Positions 41,409 through 50,471 of a DNA stretch of 64,000 nt are shown here, piece after piece (position 1 is the first letter of the stretch; each line of letters starts with the position of its first letter). Position numbers and translations under genes: made by a program. Under the pieces are notes generated by a model. That model did not search any database, was not told the origin of the DNA, and saw only the letters and a list, made by a program, of their open reading frames with translations. Origin of the DNA: Eubacteriales bacterium (GTDB lineage: Bacteria; Bacillota; Clostridia; Oscillospirales; QAKW01); contig JAZNXL010000015.1 in the NCBI GenBank assembly GCA_045593905.1, positions 4,572-68,571 on the forward strand, read 5' to 3'.

Positions 41409-42578
41409 TTATACCGCATCGGTTGACATCTCGGGCTCAATATCGGTTATCTTTGCATCAAATTTAATTAATGTTTGTTCGTCTAATAATATATTGCGGT
41501 TGTTATCAATAACCGCTATACCGCCGTCAAAAAGCTCAAAGTCATAAACGTTTTCATAAGCCTTTTTCGGTGTGGTTATTACTTGCTTACCATCGCCCCA
41601 TACATAAAGCTCACCGCTATTGGTAAGCGCGGCACAGGTGTTGTTGTAAACATCTATTTTTTTAACGCCTTTTAAAATTGAAATAAGCCCTGCCTTGTTG
41701 CTGCCGCCGTTGCCAAGCTGACCCAGCTCGTTGTCACCTGCGGTATAAAGCTCGCCGTTTACGGCAAGCACCAGTGAAAAATAGTTTCCAAGGCGTATAT
41801 CTTTAACGCCCTGCATTATTTTTGTAAACTCGGTTGATGCTATTGTTGTTTTTGTTCCGTACTGTGAGCAGGAGTTGTCACCAACTGCAAACAAGGTGTT
41901 GTACTTGTCAATAACCATTGAGTGTGTATCTGAAATGTCACAGCCCAAAATATCGGTTGCTACCAAAACAGGCTCGTACTTGTTTTTTGTGGTGGTATCG
42001 CCAAGCTGACCGTATTCGTTAAAGCCGAGTGCATAAAGCTCTCCCGCGTTTGTTATATACATAAGCGAGTTGTCGGTAAGCGAAAAGCTTGTAACGTTTT
42101 TTGCAACAACCGTATTATTATACTCGTGCCTTTCACTCTCAAACTCAGAGTATTTAAAGTGCCCGTTTAATACAAGCTCGCCTTTTGTATTAAGCTCGGC
42201 AGTTATTGTTTTTTTGCCGTCAAAGTGTAAAATGCTGTTTTTTTGCGTGGTAGCAACACCGTCTTTAACTAAAAACAGGTCGCCTTTGCCGTTTTTAAAA
42301 TAAATTTCGTCTACGTTTGTAAATAGTGTGTCAGGGGCATACCCGCTGTCATTCGATTGAGTGTATTTTGCAACAGGGTCATAAGCGTTTAGCTTGTTAA
42401 AAAGCTTTATGTTGTTTTGCTTTAAAAATATAACCACCAAAACAACCGCCACCGCTGTAAACAGTACAGACATTGCCGCTATAAGCTTAGCCGGTTTTTT
42501 GGCTTTGTTTTTTAAAGTGTATGCTATTAAAAACAAAAGCGCTAATATAAACGATGTTATTGCAAGTGCTATTAACAT
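41409..42578 (-). CDS. membrane-anchored RCC1-repeat (beta-propeller) protein, paralogue 1
   Basis: Two N-terminal TM helices, then repeats with YALGFNEYGQLGD, FAVGDNSCSQYG, YTAGDNELGQLGNG and YVWGDG. Confidence 0.75.
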   Translation of the reverse strand: MLIALAITSFILALLFLIAYTLKNKAKKPAKLIAAMSVLFTAVAVVLVVIFLKQNNIKLFNKLNAYDPVAKYTQSNDSGYAPDTLFTNVDEIYFKNGKGDLFLVKDGVATTQKNSILHFDGKKTITAELNTKGELVLNGHFKYSEFESERHEYNNTVVAKNVTSFSLTDNSLMYITNAGELYALGFNEYGQLGDTTTKNKYEPVLVATDILGCDISDTHSMVIDKYNTLFAVGDNSCSQYGTKTTIASTEFTKIMQGVKDIRLGNYFSLVLAVNGELYTAGDNELGQLGNGGSNKAGLISILKGVKKIDVYNNTCAALTNSGELYVWGDGKQVITTPKKAYENVYDFELFDGGIAVIDNNRNILLDEQTLIKFDAKITDIEPEMSTDAV

Positions 42579-42593
42579 TTTGCTCTCCTTGTT

Positions 42594-42874
42594 TTAGGTT
42601 AAAAGGACGAATCCTAACCTGTTTTAAAAAGGCGGATTTTCACTTTTACTTTGTTAAAATACTCGCCAATACACAAAGTATTGGCTGTGTTTTGTGCCTT
42701 GTAAAATCAAAAATTCGCTCTTTTTAAAATCTACGACCTCATAATCTGGCAGATTTCGAGGGATTTTTGATTTATTCAGGCGCAGGCAGGCTGTCGCCTT
42801 CCAAGAATGAATAGGTTAAAAAGCACCGAAATATGCCGATTAGAGGCAGGTTTCGATTCGTCCTTTTAACCTAA
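42594..42874. other. 281-nt highly structured spacer closed by a perfect 20-bp stem (candidate ncRNA, processing site or MITE-like element)
   Basis: ttaggttaaaaggacgaatc (42594-42613) is the exact reverse complement of 42855-42874. Further pairings: aacctg/caggtt; hairpin 42665-42685 (8 bp); 11-bp stem 42704-42714/42763-42773 capping hairpin 42737-42761; hairpin 42778-42799. Confidence 0.4.
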
Positions 42875-44131
42875 TGCAACAAACTTTGAAAACTTGCTTG
42901 TTGAACCCGAAAGTCCCAACTGCCCGCAGTTGTTGTAACCGCTTGCTAAAATGTCACCGTCGGTTGTTTTAATAACAGTGTGCAGTCCGCTTGTGCTTGC
43001 CCACTCTACCTGATTTTTAACAAGCTTAGGCTCGTTTAAAAACGTACCTTTTGTGCCAAGCTGACCGACCCTGTTGTTAAACAGTCCGTAAAGCTCGCCC
43101 GCTTCGGTAATATAAAGCGCGCTGCTTTTTGCAGCGGTAATACTTGTTACCCCTTCGGCAACCTTTGTAAACTCTTCGCCACCTTTTCTTATAATGTTAA
43201 CGGTGTTATCGTTTGTAAGCACCATAATAAATCTGTCGCCTGCGGCAATTTGCTTTACATTGGTCGCAATTTTTTCAGGCTCGGTAATTATCGGCTCGCC
43301 TGCAAAAATGTTTTCGCCAAAGGCATAAACCTCGCCCGATTTGTTAAGCGCTACCGTAAAGGTGGTTTCGCATACAACCTGTTTTATATTGCTTAAAACA
43401 TGCACGGGCTGGTCAAATGTAAGATTATCGCTTGTTTCAATTTGATAGTGAGCATTGTTGCCGTACATATAAAGCTTGTTGTTGGTCTTAATAAACGCAA
43501 CAGTATCTTCCGATACGCTAAAGTCAACAACACTGTCGCTTATTTCAACAAGCTCGTTGTCAGTCGATTGGTATAATACTCCGTCAGTATCAAGCACAAA
43601 CACCGCGCTGTCGTTTGAAAGCACCTTTTTTGCCTTTTGCTCAATTTTTTCTACAAACTGATGCCCAAAGCTGTAAACAGTTCCGTCTTTGCCAATTGCA
43701 TAACTGCTTTCGGCACCGGTGTACACCATCTCAACCTCGCCGTCAATTTCTTTTGGCTGACTTGTGTTGAGGTTTTGCTTTGAAATTTCGGTTTCGTATT
43801 TGTGGTTTTTAATTAAAACAGGTATGTTTTCGTATAAAACCAAGGCAACAATTACCACAGCGCCCATAACACCAATTGTTATTGAGGTCTTTTTAGAAAG
43901 CGGCGGTAGTTTTGCAAAAAAATACTTAACAGGGTTTGTGTCAACCTCATCGTCTCGCTTTGAGGGTAGGTAGCTTACAAAAACCAGTCCTAACACACCA
44001 AACAAAAGCCCTGCAATTCCCCAAAACTTTGAGCGCATTTTAAGTTGTGCAAGTCTTGCGGTAAAAAATGTGCAAAACGCAATGATTAAAAATAATATTA
44101 AAACTAACGCTATAATTAAACCTGCGTACAT
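42866..44131 (-). CDS. membrane-anchored RCC1-repeat protein, paralogue 2
   Basis: Three N-terminal TM helices, then RCC1-like blades (YAFGENIFAG, LFNNRVGQLGTKG, ASGYNNCGQLGLSG). Confidence 0.72.
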   Translation of the reverse strand: MYAGLIIALVLILFLIIAFCTFFTARLAQLKMRSKFWGIAGLLFGVLGLVFVSYLPSKRDDEVDTNPVKYFFAKLPPLSKKTSITIGVMGAVVIVALVLYENIPVLIKNHKYETEISKQNLNTSQPKEIDGEVEMVYTGAESSYAIGKDGTVYSFGHQFVEKIEQKAKKVLSNDSAVFVLDTDGVLYQSTDNELVEISDSVVDFSVSEDTVAFIKTNNKLYMYGNNAHYQIETSDNLTFDQPVHVLSNIKQVVCETTFTVALNKSGEVYAFGENIFAGEPIITEPEKIATNVKQIAAGDRFIMVLTNDNTVNIIRKGGEEFTKVAEGVTSITAAKSSALYITEAGELYGLFNNRVGQLGTKGTFLNEPKLVKNQVEWASTSGLHTVIKTTDGDILASGYNNCGQLGLSGSTSKFSKFVALG

Positions 44132-44166
44132 ATAAAAAGCAATACTCTCCTTATTTTAATACACCT

Positions 44167-44195
44167 ATAATAATAGAAAAAGGATATTTTTACAA
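44167..44195 (-). promoter_or_regulatory. possible sigma-A promoter for the RCC1 gene pair
   Basis: On the minus strand: TTGTAA, 17 nt, TATTAT, upstream of an AAGGAGAG RBS. Confidence 0.4.
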
Positions 44196-44265
44196 GTCTT
44201 TTTTAGTCCTTTGCGTGATTATTTAACCCAAAATGCGTAAAAACTATCTAAAAAGGACTGATAAA

Positions 44266-45435
44266 ATGAAAAAAATCGTTGCAATTTTACTTGCGCTTTC
44301 GTTTTGCTTTGGAATTATTATTGGCTTTGCACCGAGCGAATACTCTTTTTTTAGCACCGATGCAATAACAAGTAATAACTTTTTATACAAACTCGATATA
44401 GGCTCAACGCAAACTCTTTCGACCGGTAAAACACTGCCGCAGGGTAAGTATAGCGCAAAGGTTAAGCTTTTTGGACTTTTGCCAATAAAAACCGCGCGCA
44501 TAACTGTGCTTGAGCAAACAAAACTGTCGCCGCTCGGTGTACCGTTTGGACTAAAACTGTATACCGACGGTGTTATAGTTGTTGATATTACCGACTTTGT
44601 TGCAAACGGGAAGGTGTGCAACCCCGCCCATGATGCAGGCATACGAGAGGGCGATATAATAGTGACCTATAACGGAGTAAAAATAAAGTCAAACGAACAA
44701 CTTATTGCCGAGGTTAAAAAGTTTGACGGCACACCCCAGCAGGCACTTGTCCGCCGTAACAATCTTGAGTTTACCGCCTTTGTAACACCTGTTGCCGATG
44801 ATAGCGACGGCGTTTACAGAATAGGACTTTGGGTGCGCGACAGCACCGCAGGCATTGGTATGCTCACTTTTTATAACGAGCGTAATAACACACTTGTTGG
44901 CCTTGGGCACTCGGTGTCAGATAGCGATACAGGTCAGCTTATGCCTGTGTCAACAGGCGAGCTTGTTCTTGCCGATATTAAAGGCGTTGTAAAAGGAAAA
45001 GTCGGCGCGGCAGGTGAGCTTGCAGGCGCGTTTATAGAAGGTCAGACAATTGGTATTTTAACAAATAACAAGGAATCAGGACTGTCGGCTATTTGTACCA
45101 CCGAAATATTTAAAAACAAAAACAAATTCAATATCGCGCTTAAAAAAGATATTAAAACAGGTGTGGCGCAAATAATATGCTGTGTTGACGGCACAACCCC
45201 AAAAACCTACGATATAAAAATTACAAAAATTAATAATAACCTAAGCGAAACCAAAAATATGATAATCGAGATTACCGACAAAGACCTGCTTAAAAAAACA
45301 GGCGGAATTGTAAGAGGAATGAGCGGGTCGCCTATTATTCAAAACGGCAAACTAATCGGTGCCGTAACCCACGTCCTCGTCGACGACCCCACAAAAGGCT
45401 ACGGCATCTTTATTGAAAATATGATAACAGAATAA
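44266..45435 (+). CDS. spoIVB: stage IV sporulation protein B (S55 signalling peptidase with PDZ domain)
   Basis: TM/signal segment and a PDZ-like segment (AGIREGDIIVTYNG). S55 core GIGMLTF, LGHSV, GMSGSPIIQNGKLIGAVTHV. Start set at MKKIVAIL; ATG 44233 is an alternative. Confidence 0.9.
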   Translation: MKKIVAILLALSFCFGIIIGFAPSEYSFFSTDAITSNNFLYKLDIGSTQTLSTGKTLPQGKYSAKVKLFGLLPIKTARITVLEQTKLSPLGVPFGLKLYTDGVIVVDITDFVANGKVCNPAHDAGIREGDIIVTYNGVKIKSNEQLIAEVKKFDGTPQQALVRRNNLEFTAFVTPVADDSDGVYRIGLWVRDSTAGIGMLTFYNERNNTLVGLGHSVSDSDTGQLMPVSTGELVLADIKGVVKGKVGAAGELAGAFIEGQTIGILTNNKESGLSAICTTEIFKNKNKFNIALKKDIKTGVAQIICCVDGTTPKTYDIKITKINNNLSETKNMIIEITDKDLLKKTGGIVRGMSGSPIIQNGKLIGAVTHVLVDDPTKGYGIFIENMITE

Positions 45436-45459
45436 AAGCAGCCTAAAGGCTGCTTTTTC
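45434..45459. terminator. bidirectional terminator shared by spoIVB and the convergent AraC gene
   Basis: Stem aaagcagcc / ggctgcttt with taaa loop. Confidence 0.75.
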
Positions 45460-46333
45460 TTATAGGTTTGCTGTGATAAAGAGTAAGCCCGTTTTTTATT
45501 TGCCTGTATTCTTTGACGTTTAAGCCAAAGAACTGTTTGAATTTCTTTCTGAAATAGCTTTCATCGCAAAAACCGCATAGCTCTGCAACCTTTGCGGTGG
45601 GGATATTTTGGTCAAGCAATAGCTTTTCGGCTTGCTTCATTCGTATATTAAGTACTTGCTCTGAAAAATTGATACCTACCGTTTCCTTATATATGGTTGA
45701 TAAATAAATCGGCGATATATTTAATTCTGCAGCGACGGATGAAAGTGTTATTTTTTCGTTATATTTCGAAGAAATAATGTAATCAATTTTTTTGATGTAA
45801 TAATTGGTATTGTTGTTTTTGACATCGAATTGATTTCTTGTGATTTCATCGACCTTGTGTAACAATTCAAAAAATGCAGCCGTCAAAGCAATCTTTTGAT
45901 TTTCTAAATTCCCCGAAGATAATTTAATAATTTTATGCAGTGATTTTGTCAGTTCGAGTTCATAATAAATAGGTAAATCTTGTAAAAAAGCAGGCAAAAT
46001 GAGGTTTTTTTCATCGTAAAGGTCCCCATCGGTAATTTCACAGGTCTCATATTTAAAATCACTCAACCTGACAGCAACCGATACGATTGTTATTGATTTT
46101 CCCGATTCACAGAAGCCTTCGCGCTTTTCATTTGCCATAATGCAGGATAACGAACTGTTTTTAAGTGTATAACTATTGTTATTAATCGTTATGGTTTTTT
46201 CACCGAATTTTGAAAATGAAATTTCAAGCATATCATGGGTGTTGCGGTTTTTCCACTCATAGTTATCAACCGTCGTTTCACACGCCCACACTATCTTTGG
46301 CAAACAGTTTATTTTAATTTTGTAACCATACAT
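45443..46333 (-). CDS. AraC-family transcriptional regulator
   Basis: C-terminal double HTH (LSSVAAELNISPIYLSTIYK; VAELCGFCDESYFRKKFKQFFG). Confidence 0.85.
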   Translation of the reverse strand: MYGYKIKINCLPKIVWACETTVDNYEWKNRNTHDMLEISFSKFGEKTITINNNSYTLKNSSLSCIMANEKREGFCESGKSITIVSVAVRLSDFKYETCEITDGDLYDEKNLILPAFLQDLPIYYELELTKSLHKIIKLSSGNLENQKIALTAAFFELLHKVDEITRNQFDVKNNNTNYYIKKIDYIISSKYNEKITLSSVAAELNISPIYLSTIYKETVGINFSEQVLNIRMKQAEKLLLDQNIPTAKVAELCGFCDESYFRKKFKQFFGLNVKEYRQIKNGLTLYHSKPIRKSSL

Positions 46334-46485
46334 ATTATTTTTCCTTATCGTTTTTATATATTTATTCTAAAGATAAAACACAAAAAAGTCAATAAGAATA
46401 TACCTATAATATTAAGATAATACATATTATACCTTTTGCTTTAAGATTACAATGGTAATAGTAATCTAAAACGAGAGGAAAATGT

Positions 46486-48678
46486 ATGTCAATAAATGTT
46501 TATCCTGTAATACACTCTAAAGACCACTGTGAAGATTATAAAGTTAAGATAAACGGCAGGGAGGTAGCGCTTAATACCGCAAGAGTTTCAGCAGTGCCTC
46601 ATAACCGTCGTTGGCCGGGACATCAGCGCGATATTAATCAAACCGAGCTTGTAAACTTTTTATCGTTACAACTTAACCAAGAGGCGGTTTTTGAAATAAC
46701 ACCTCAAAAGCCGTTTGAAAAGGTGGTAATACGTCCGCTTTCATTAGGCATTCAGCCGATAATACAAAACGGCACAATTAAGTTTACGCTCAAAAAAGCA
46801 CAGTATTTTACAGTTGAAGCATACGGACGCCATCACGCGCTTCACGTGTTTGCCGACCCTGTTAGCAATTACGATATTGATATAACCGACAAAAGCGTTA
46901 TATACTACGGCAAAGGCGAGCACGATGCAGGATTTATTAACCTTGAGAGCAACCAGACGCTGTTTATCGACGAGGGCGCAGTAGTATACGGCTGCGTAAG
47001 GGCAACCGATGCCAAAAACATAAAAATCATAGGCCGTGGCATACTCGATAACAGTAAAAATAAAGAGCAGATTCTTTTTGAGCAAAACGCTTCAAACAAC
47101 CATGAGGCAATAAAAAACGCGGTAAGAGAGCACACAATTCAGATTAAGTATTGCACCGATATTACTATCGAGGGTATTACCATACGTGATTCGCTTTGCT
47201 ATAACATAAGACCTACTGCATGCAAAAACTTACACATTTCAAACGTAAAAATTATCGGTTGCTGGCGTTATAACTCCGACGGTATCGATATGCACAACTG
47301 TGAAAACGTTTTAATCGAAAACTGTTTTATCCGCACCTTTGACGACTGTATTTGTGTTAAGGGCTTTGACTGTTATTTTGAAGGCGACGTTGATGCGGCG
47401 GTTAAGGCTGCAATGTACCGTGGCGGTAAAGCCTACGACGTATTTAAAAACGTACGCGTGCGTAATTGTGTGTTGTGGAACGATTGGAACAAGTGCCTTG
47501 AAATAGGCGCCGAAACCCGCGCTGAAGAGATGTGCGACATTATTTTTGAAGATTGCGATATTATACACGTTACAGGCACCGTGCTCGATTGCTATAACGT
47601 TGACTATGCCGACGTTCACGACGTTGTATACCGCAATATAAGAATAGAGTACGACGACGTTATCCCCGCACCGCTTTATCAAGAAACCGACGAGCAGGTT
47701 TACTACAATAAAAACGTTGACTACGCACCTGCGCTTATTAAGGTTGTGTCAGATTTTCAGCACGAGTACTCGGCAAAAGGTGAGCGCAGAGGTATTAACC
47801 GCGACATCACTTTTGAAAACATTTATCTTTACTCACGCCAAAAGCCAAAGTGCGTGTTTAAAGGCTATAGCGAACAATACTGCACTAAAAACATTACGGT
47901 AAAAAATCTTTATTGGAACAACACTCCTGTTGAGAGCTTTGACGATGGGAACTGGGACGTCAGAGATTTTGCATACGATATCAAGTTTGAAAGCGCCTTT
48001 GCTCAGCTTGATAAAAATACCGTTGACGCCTCTAATCAGTTAAAGCAAAGCGGACCTGTAAGGGTTATTAACCCCGAGGGCAAAGGCAAAAGAGTGCTTT
48101 TGGTAGGCAACTCAATCACCCTTCACGGTATCGCGCCCAAAATTGGGTGGTACGGTGAGTGGGGTATGGCGGCATCGAGCGAGCAAAACGACTACGTGCA
48201 TCAGCTTATCAAAAACGTTAAAAACGATAACAACGACGCGGTATTTTGCATTTGTCAGGTTTCCGCGTGGGAGCAAAAATACAAAAACGGAAGCGAACAG
48301 TTATCACGCTATCAGTCGGCGCGTGATTTTAATGCCGATATAATTGTTGCGCGCTTTTCAGAAAACTGCCCAAAAACCGAGTTCGATAACGACTGCTTTA
48401 AAAACGCAACAACCGAGCTTTTAAACTATTTAGACCCCGAACAAAAAGCAAAGGTTATTATAACGACAAGCTTTTGGCATCACCCTGCTGATACTGCAAT
48501 AGTTGAACTTGCAAACGATAATGCGTGGCCGCTTGTTACTCTTGGTGACCTTGGCGAACAAGACAAGATGAAAGCAATAGGACTTTTTGAGCACTCGGGC
48601 GTTGCAAACCACCCCGGCGACCTTGGTATGAAGGCAATTGCCGACAGAATTTTAACAGAACTTAAAAAATTATTGTAA
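46486..48678 (+). CDS. fusion: GH28-like pectin-lyase-fold glycosidase + SGNH/GDSL-type esterase domain
   Basis: Beta-helix core with NSDGIDMHNC and FDDCICVKG, matching the GH28 NTDG / DD(C) motifs. The C-terminal ~200 aa carry LLVGNSITLHG (block I) and NHPGDLGM (block V). No signal peptide. Confidence 0.7.
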   Translation: MSINVYPVIHSKDHCEDYKVKINGREVALNTARVSAVPHNRRWPGHQRDINQTELVNFLSLQLNQEAVFEITPQKPFEKVVIRPLSLGIQPIIQNGTIKFTLKKAQYFTVEAYGRHHALHVFADPVSNYDIDITDKSVIYYGKGEHDAGFINLESNQTLFIDEGAVVYGCVRATDAKNIKIIGRGILDNSKNKEQILFEQNASNNHEAIKNAVREHTIQIKYCTDITIEGITIRDSLCYNIRPTACKNLHISNVKIIGCWRYNSDGIDMHNCENVLIENCFIRTFDDCICVKGFDCYFEGDVDAAVKAAMYRGGKAYDVFKNVRVRNCVLWNDWNKCLEIGAETRAEEMCDIIFEDCDIIHVTGTVLDCYNVDYADVHDVVYRNIRIEYDDVIPAPLYQETDEQVYYNKNVDYAPALIKVVSDFQHEYSAKGERRGINRDITFENIYLYSRQKPKCVFKGYSEQYCTKNITVKNLYWNNTPVESFDDGNWDVRDFAYDIKFESAFAQLDKNTVDASNQLKQSGPVRVINPEGKGKRVLLVGNSITLHGIAPKIGWYGEWGMAASSEQNDYVHQLIKNVKNDNNDAVFCICQVSAWEQKYKNGSEQLSRYQSARDFNADIIVARFSENCPKTEFDNDCFKNATTELLNYLDPEQKAKVIITTSFWHHPADTAIVELANDNAWPLVTLGDLGEQDKMKAIGLFEHSGVANHPGDLGMKAIADRILTELKKLL

Positions 48679-48687
48679 TTTATATGT

Positions 48688-48714
48688 AAAAAGCACCCTT
48701 CGGGGTGCTTTTTA
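48688..48714. terminator. bidirectional terminator (right end of the GH28 gene, end of the kinase operon)
   Basis: Stem gcaccc-ttcg-gggtgc with flanking A and T runs. Confidence 0.8.
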
Positions 48715-49416
48715 TATACTTTTTTTGAGTTGTAATGCAGTTTGATACCTGTTGTCCGGGTTTATGCTTGTACACTTGGAAACAATTCTTCCAAGATGAC
48801 CGTCGGCAATTTTTTCGGTAGGGTGCTTTCCTGTTAATAACACATTCAGTAATACGCCTGCGGCATAAATATCAGTTCGTTCGTCGCTCTCTTTAAGTCC
48901 TAACTGTTCAGGGGGAGCGTAGCCAACGGTACCCATTACCTCGGTGTCGTGACTTTTTTGTGAAATTCTGCGTGCGGCACTAAAATCAATTAACACTATA
49001 CGTCCGTTTTTATCTACCATAACGTTTTCAGGCTTAATGTCGCGATGTACTATACCGTTTTGATGTAATACCTGCATTGCATTACAAAGCTGACGTAAAA
49101 TTTTTTTAACGCCGTTTTTGCGGTATTTACCTGTTTGCGCAACCTCGGCAACTGTTAAGCCGTTAATGTATTCTTCTAAAACAATAACTCCGTCACTACA
49201 GTTGTAAATATCATAAACTGCAGGAAGGTTTACGCACCTTCCGTTACAAAGAGTTTGATATACATCGTTTTGCTTTTTTAGTATGCGCAAAACGTAGTCC
49301 TGCTCGTTTTTGCGGTGCCTTACACGAAATACTCTATTCTCGTTTCTGTCTGAAAGAAGAGATACTTTTATAAAAAAATCCCAAAGCAGTTGTAGTTGTT
49401 GCTCGCAAGTGTTCAT
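48712..49416 (-). CDS. stand-alone Ser/Thr protein kinase domain (atypical)
   Basis: HRDIKPENVMV catalytic loop, DFS (instead of DFG), GTVGYAPPE. No GxGxxG loop recognisable, and no TM or sensor domain. ATG 49416 follows a GAGGAG RBS and forms ATGA with the upstream stop. Confidence 0.8.
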   Translation of the reverse strand: MNTCEQQLQLLWDFFIKVSLLSDRNENRVFRVRHRKNEQDYVLRILKKQNDVYQTLCNGRCVNLPAVYDIYNCSDGVIVLEEYINGLTVAEVAQTGKYRKNGVKKILRQLCNAMQVLHQNGIVHRDIKPENVMVDKNGRIVLIDFSAARRISQKSHDTEVMGTVGYAPPEQLGLKESDERTDIYAAGVLLNVLLTGKHPTEKIADGHLGRIVSKCTSINPDNRYQTALQLKKSI

Positions 49417-50471
49417 CCGTTCCACTCCTCATACACCGCATCATAGTAGCTACTTGCAATATTGCGATAATAACGAAAATCACGGTTGTTACAGTTATAT
49501 GAACAATGAATAGTAAGTGCTGCGTTTCTTTTTTCTTTGGACGCAAACGCCTGTATATCAACGTGTATTGAATTTGCGCCTAAATATATATCGGTTAAGT
49601 TAACGCAGCCTGAAAAAGCAAATTCCCAAACCGTTCTTACCGTTTCGGGAAGATAAACCTGTTTTACGGTTGTTTTAACATTTTCACCATTAAAAGCTGA
49701 ACGCTGAATAGCAATTACTTTTTTTCCGTCTATTGTTGACGGTACACGGTATATGCCGTCAGCGGCGGGGGTTGAAACGCCTGTAATTACAACGCAATTA
49801 TCCACATTCGAGGTTACAAGGTAATCGTCAATAGCGTACTCGGCATCTCTATAGGTGTAAACTGCAGTAGTTGTAACAGGGGTGTCTTGCTGCTCTTGTT
49901 TAGGGGTGTCTTGTTGTTCTTGATTGGGGGTATCTTGCTGTTCCTGATTAGGAGTATCTTGTTGTTGCTGATTAGGAGTATCTTGTTGTTCTTGATTGGG
50001 AGTATCTTGTTGGTCAGGAGAGACTTTGACAGGTTTTTCAGGGTCGGTTTGCGGTGTGGTAACTGTGGTATCCGGCACAGTTGTATTTGGACCGCCTACA
50101 TAAATTTCTGAACCACCGTCAGATTTATTTTGCTTATTATTCGAGTTTGGTGTTTTATTATTTTGGTTGGCATTATTGCCGTTTGATTGTTGTGACTCTG
50201 AATTTGAATCAGTATTTTTTGTTGTATCTTCAACGTTTGTTTGTTGTTGGTCAGGTTGTTTTGGCGGCTTTACAGTTTGTTTAGGCAAAAAAATAAGCGC
50301 TGTAATGCCTATAACACAAGCAAAAACGGCACAACAAATAATCAGTACCAATCGCCGTGGGCGATTAAGCGCTGCAATTAATTGTGCCTTAGGCTCAAGC
50401 TCTTTCATGCAATATAAGCATACTCGCGCATTTTCTTCAATTGTAGCATTACAATAGGGGCAGTTTTTCAT
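49413..50471 (-). CDS. zinc-ribbon / TM / Q-P-T-rich linker / BspA-type leucine-rich-repeat protein
   Basis: N-terminal CPYC...CLYC, one TM segment, a low-complexity linker with QQDTPNQE repeats, and a C-terminal LRR-like segment (IQRSAFNG...LPETVRTVWEFAFSGCVNLTDIYLGANSIHVDIQAFA). Confidence 0.65.
   Translation of the reverse strand: MKNCPYCNATIEENARVCLYCMKELEPKAQLIAALNRPRRLVLIICCAVFACVIGITALIFLPKQTVKPPKQPDQQQTNVEDTTKNTDSNSESQQSNGNNANQNNKTPNSNNKQNKSDGGSEIYVGGPNTTVPDTTVTTPQTDPEKPVKVSPDQQDTPNQEQQDTPNQQQQDTPNQEQQDTPNQEQQDTPKQEQQDTPVTTTAVYTYRDAEYAIDDYLVTSNVDNCVVITGVSTPAADGIYRVPSTIDGKKVIAIQRSAFNGENVKTTVKQVYLPETVRTVWEFAFSGCVNLTDIYLGANSIHVDIQAFASKEKRNAALTIHCSYNCNNRDFRYYRNIASSYYDAVYEEWNG
49881..50018. 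repeat. 24-nt tandem repeat, about 5.75 copies, in-frame (QQDTPNQE)n
   Basis: Units ggtgtcttgytgytcttgwttrgg read directly from the sequence. They lie inside the linker of the ZnR-LRR gene. Confidence 0.9.

Noticed and set aside
42594-42874. Identification of the structured spacer as SRP RNA, 6S RNA, a tRNA or a known riboswitch.
   Set aside because: I could not find the SRP domain IV motif, a 6S-type central bubble layout, a tRNA cloverleaf or any riboswitch core I know. It stays as an unclassified element.
44196-44265. A forespore (sigma-F/sigma-G) promoter upstream of spoIVB.
   Set aside because: The only GCGTA/GGACTGATAA-like match is poor and would place the start site inside the RBS. 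It cannot be supported from the sequence alone.
46370-46424. AAGATAAAACA / AAGATAATACA direct repeats upstream of the GH28 gene, as a possible AraC operator.
   Set aside because: The match is only 10/11 in very AT-rich DNA, with 44-bp spacing. It is too weak to separate from chance.
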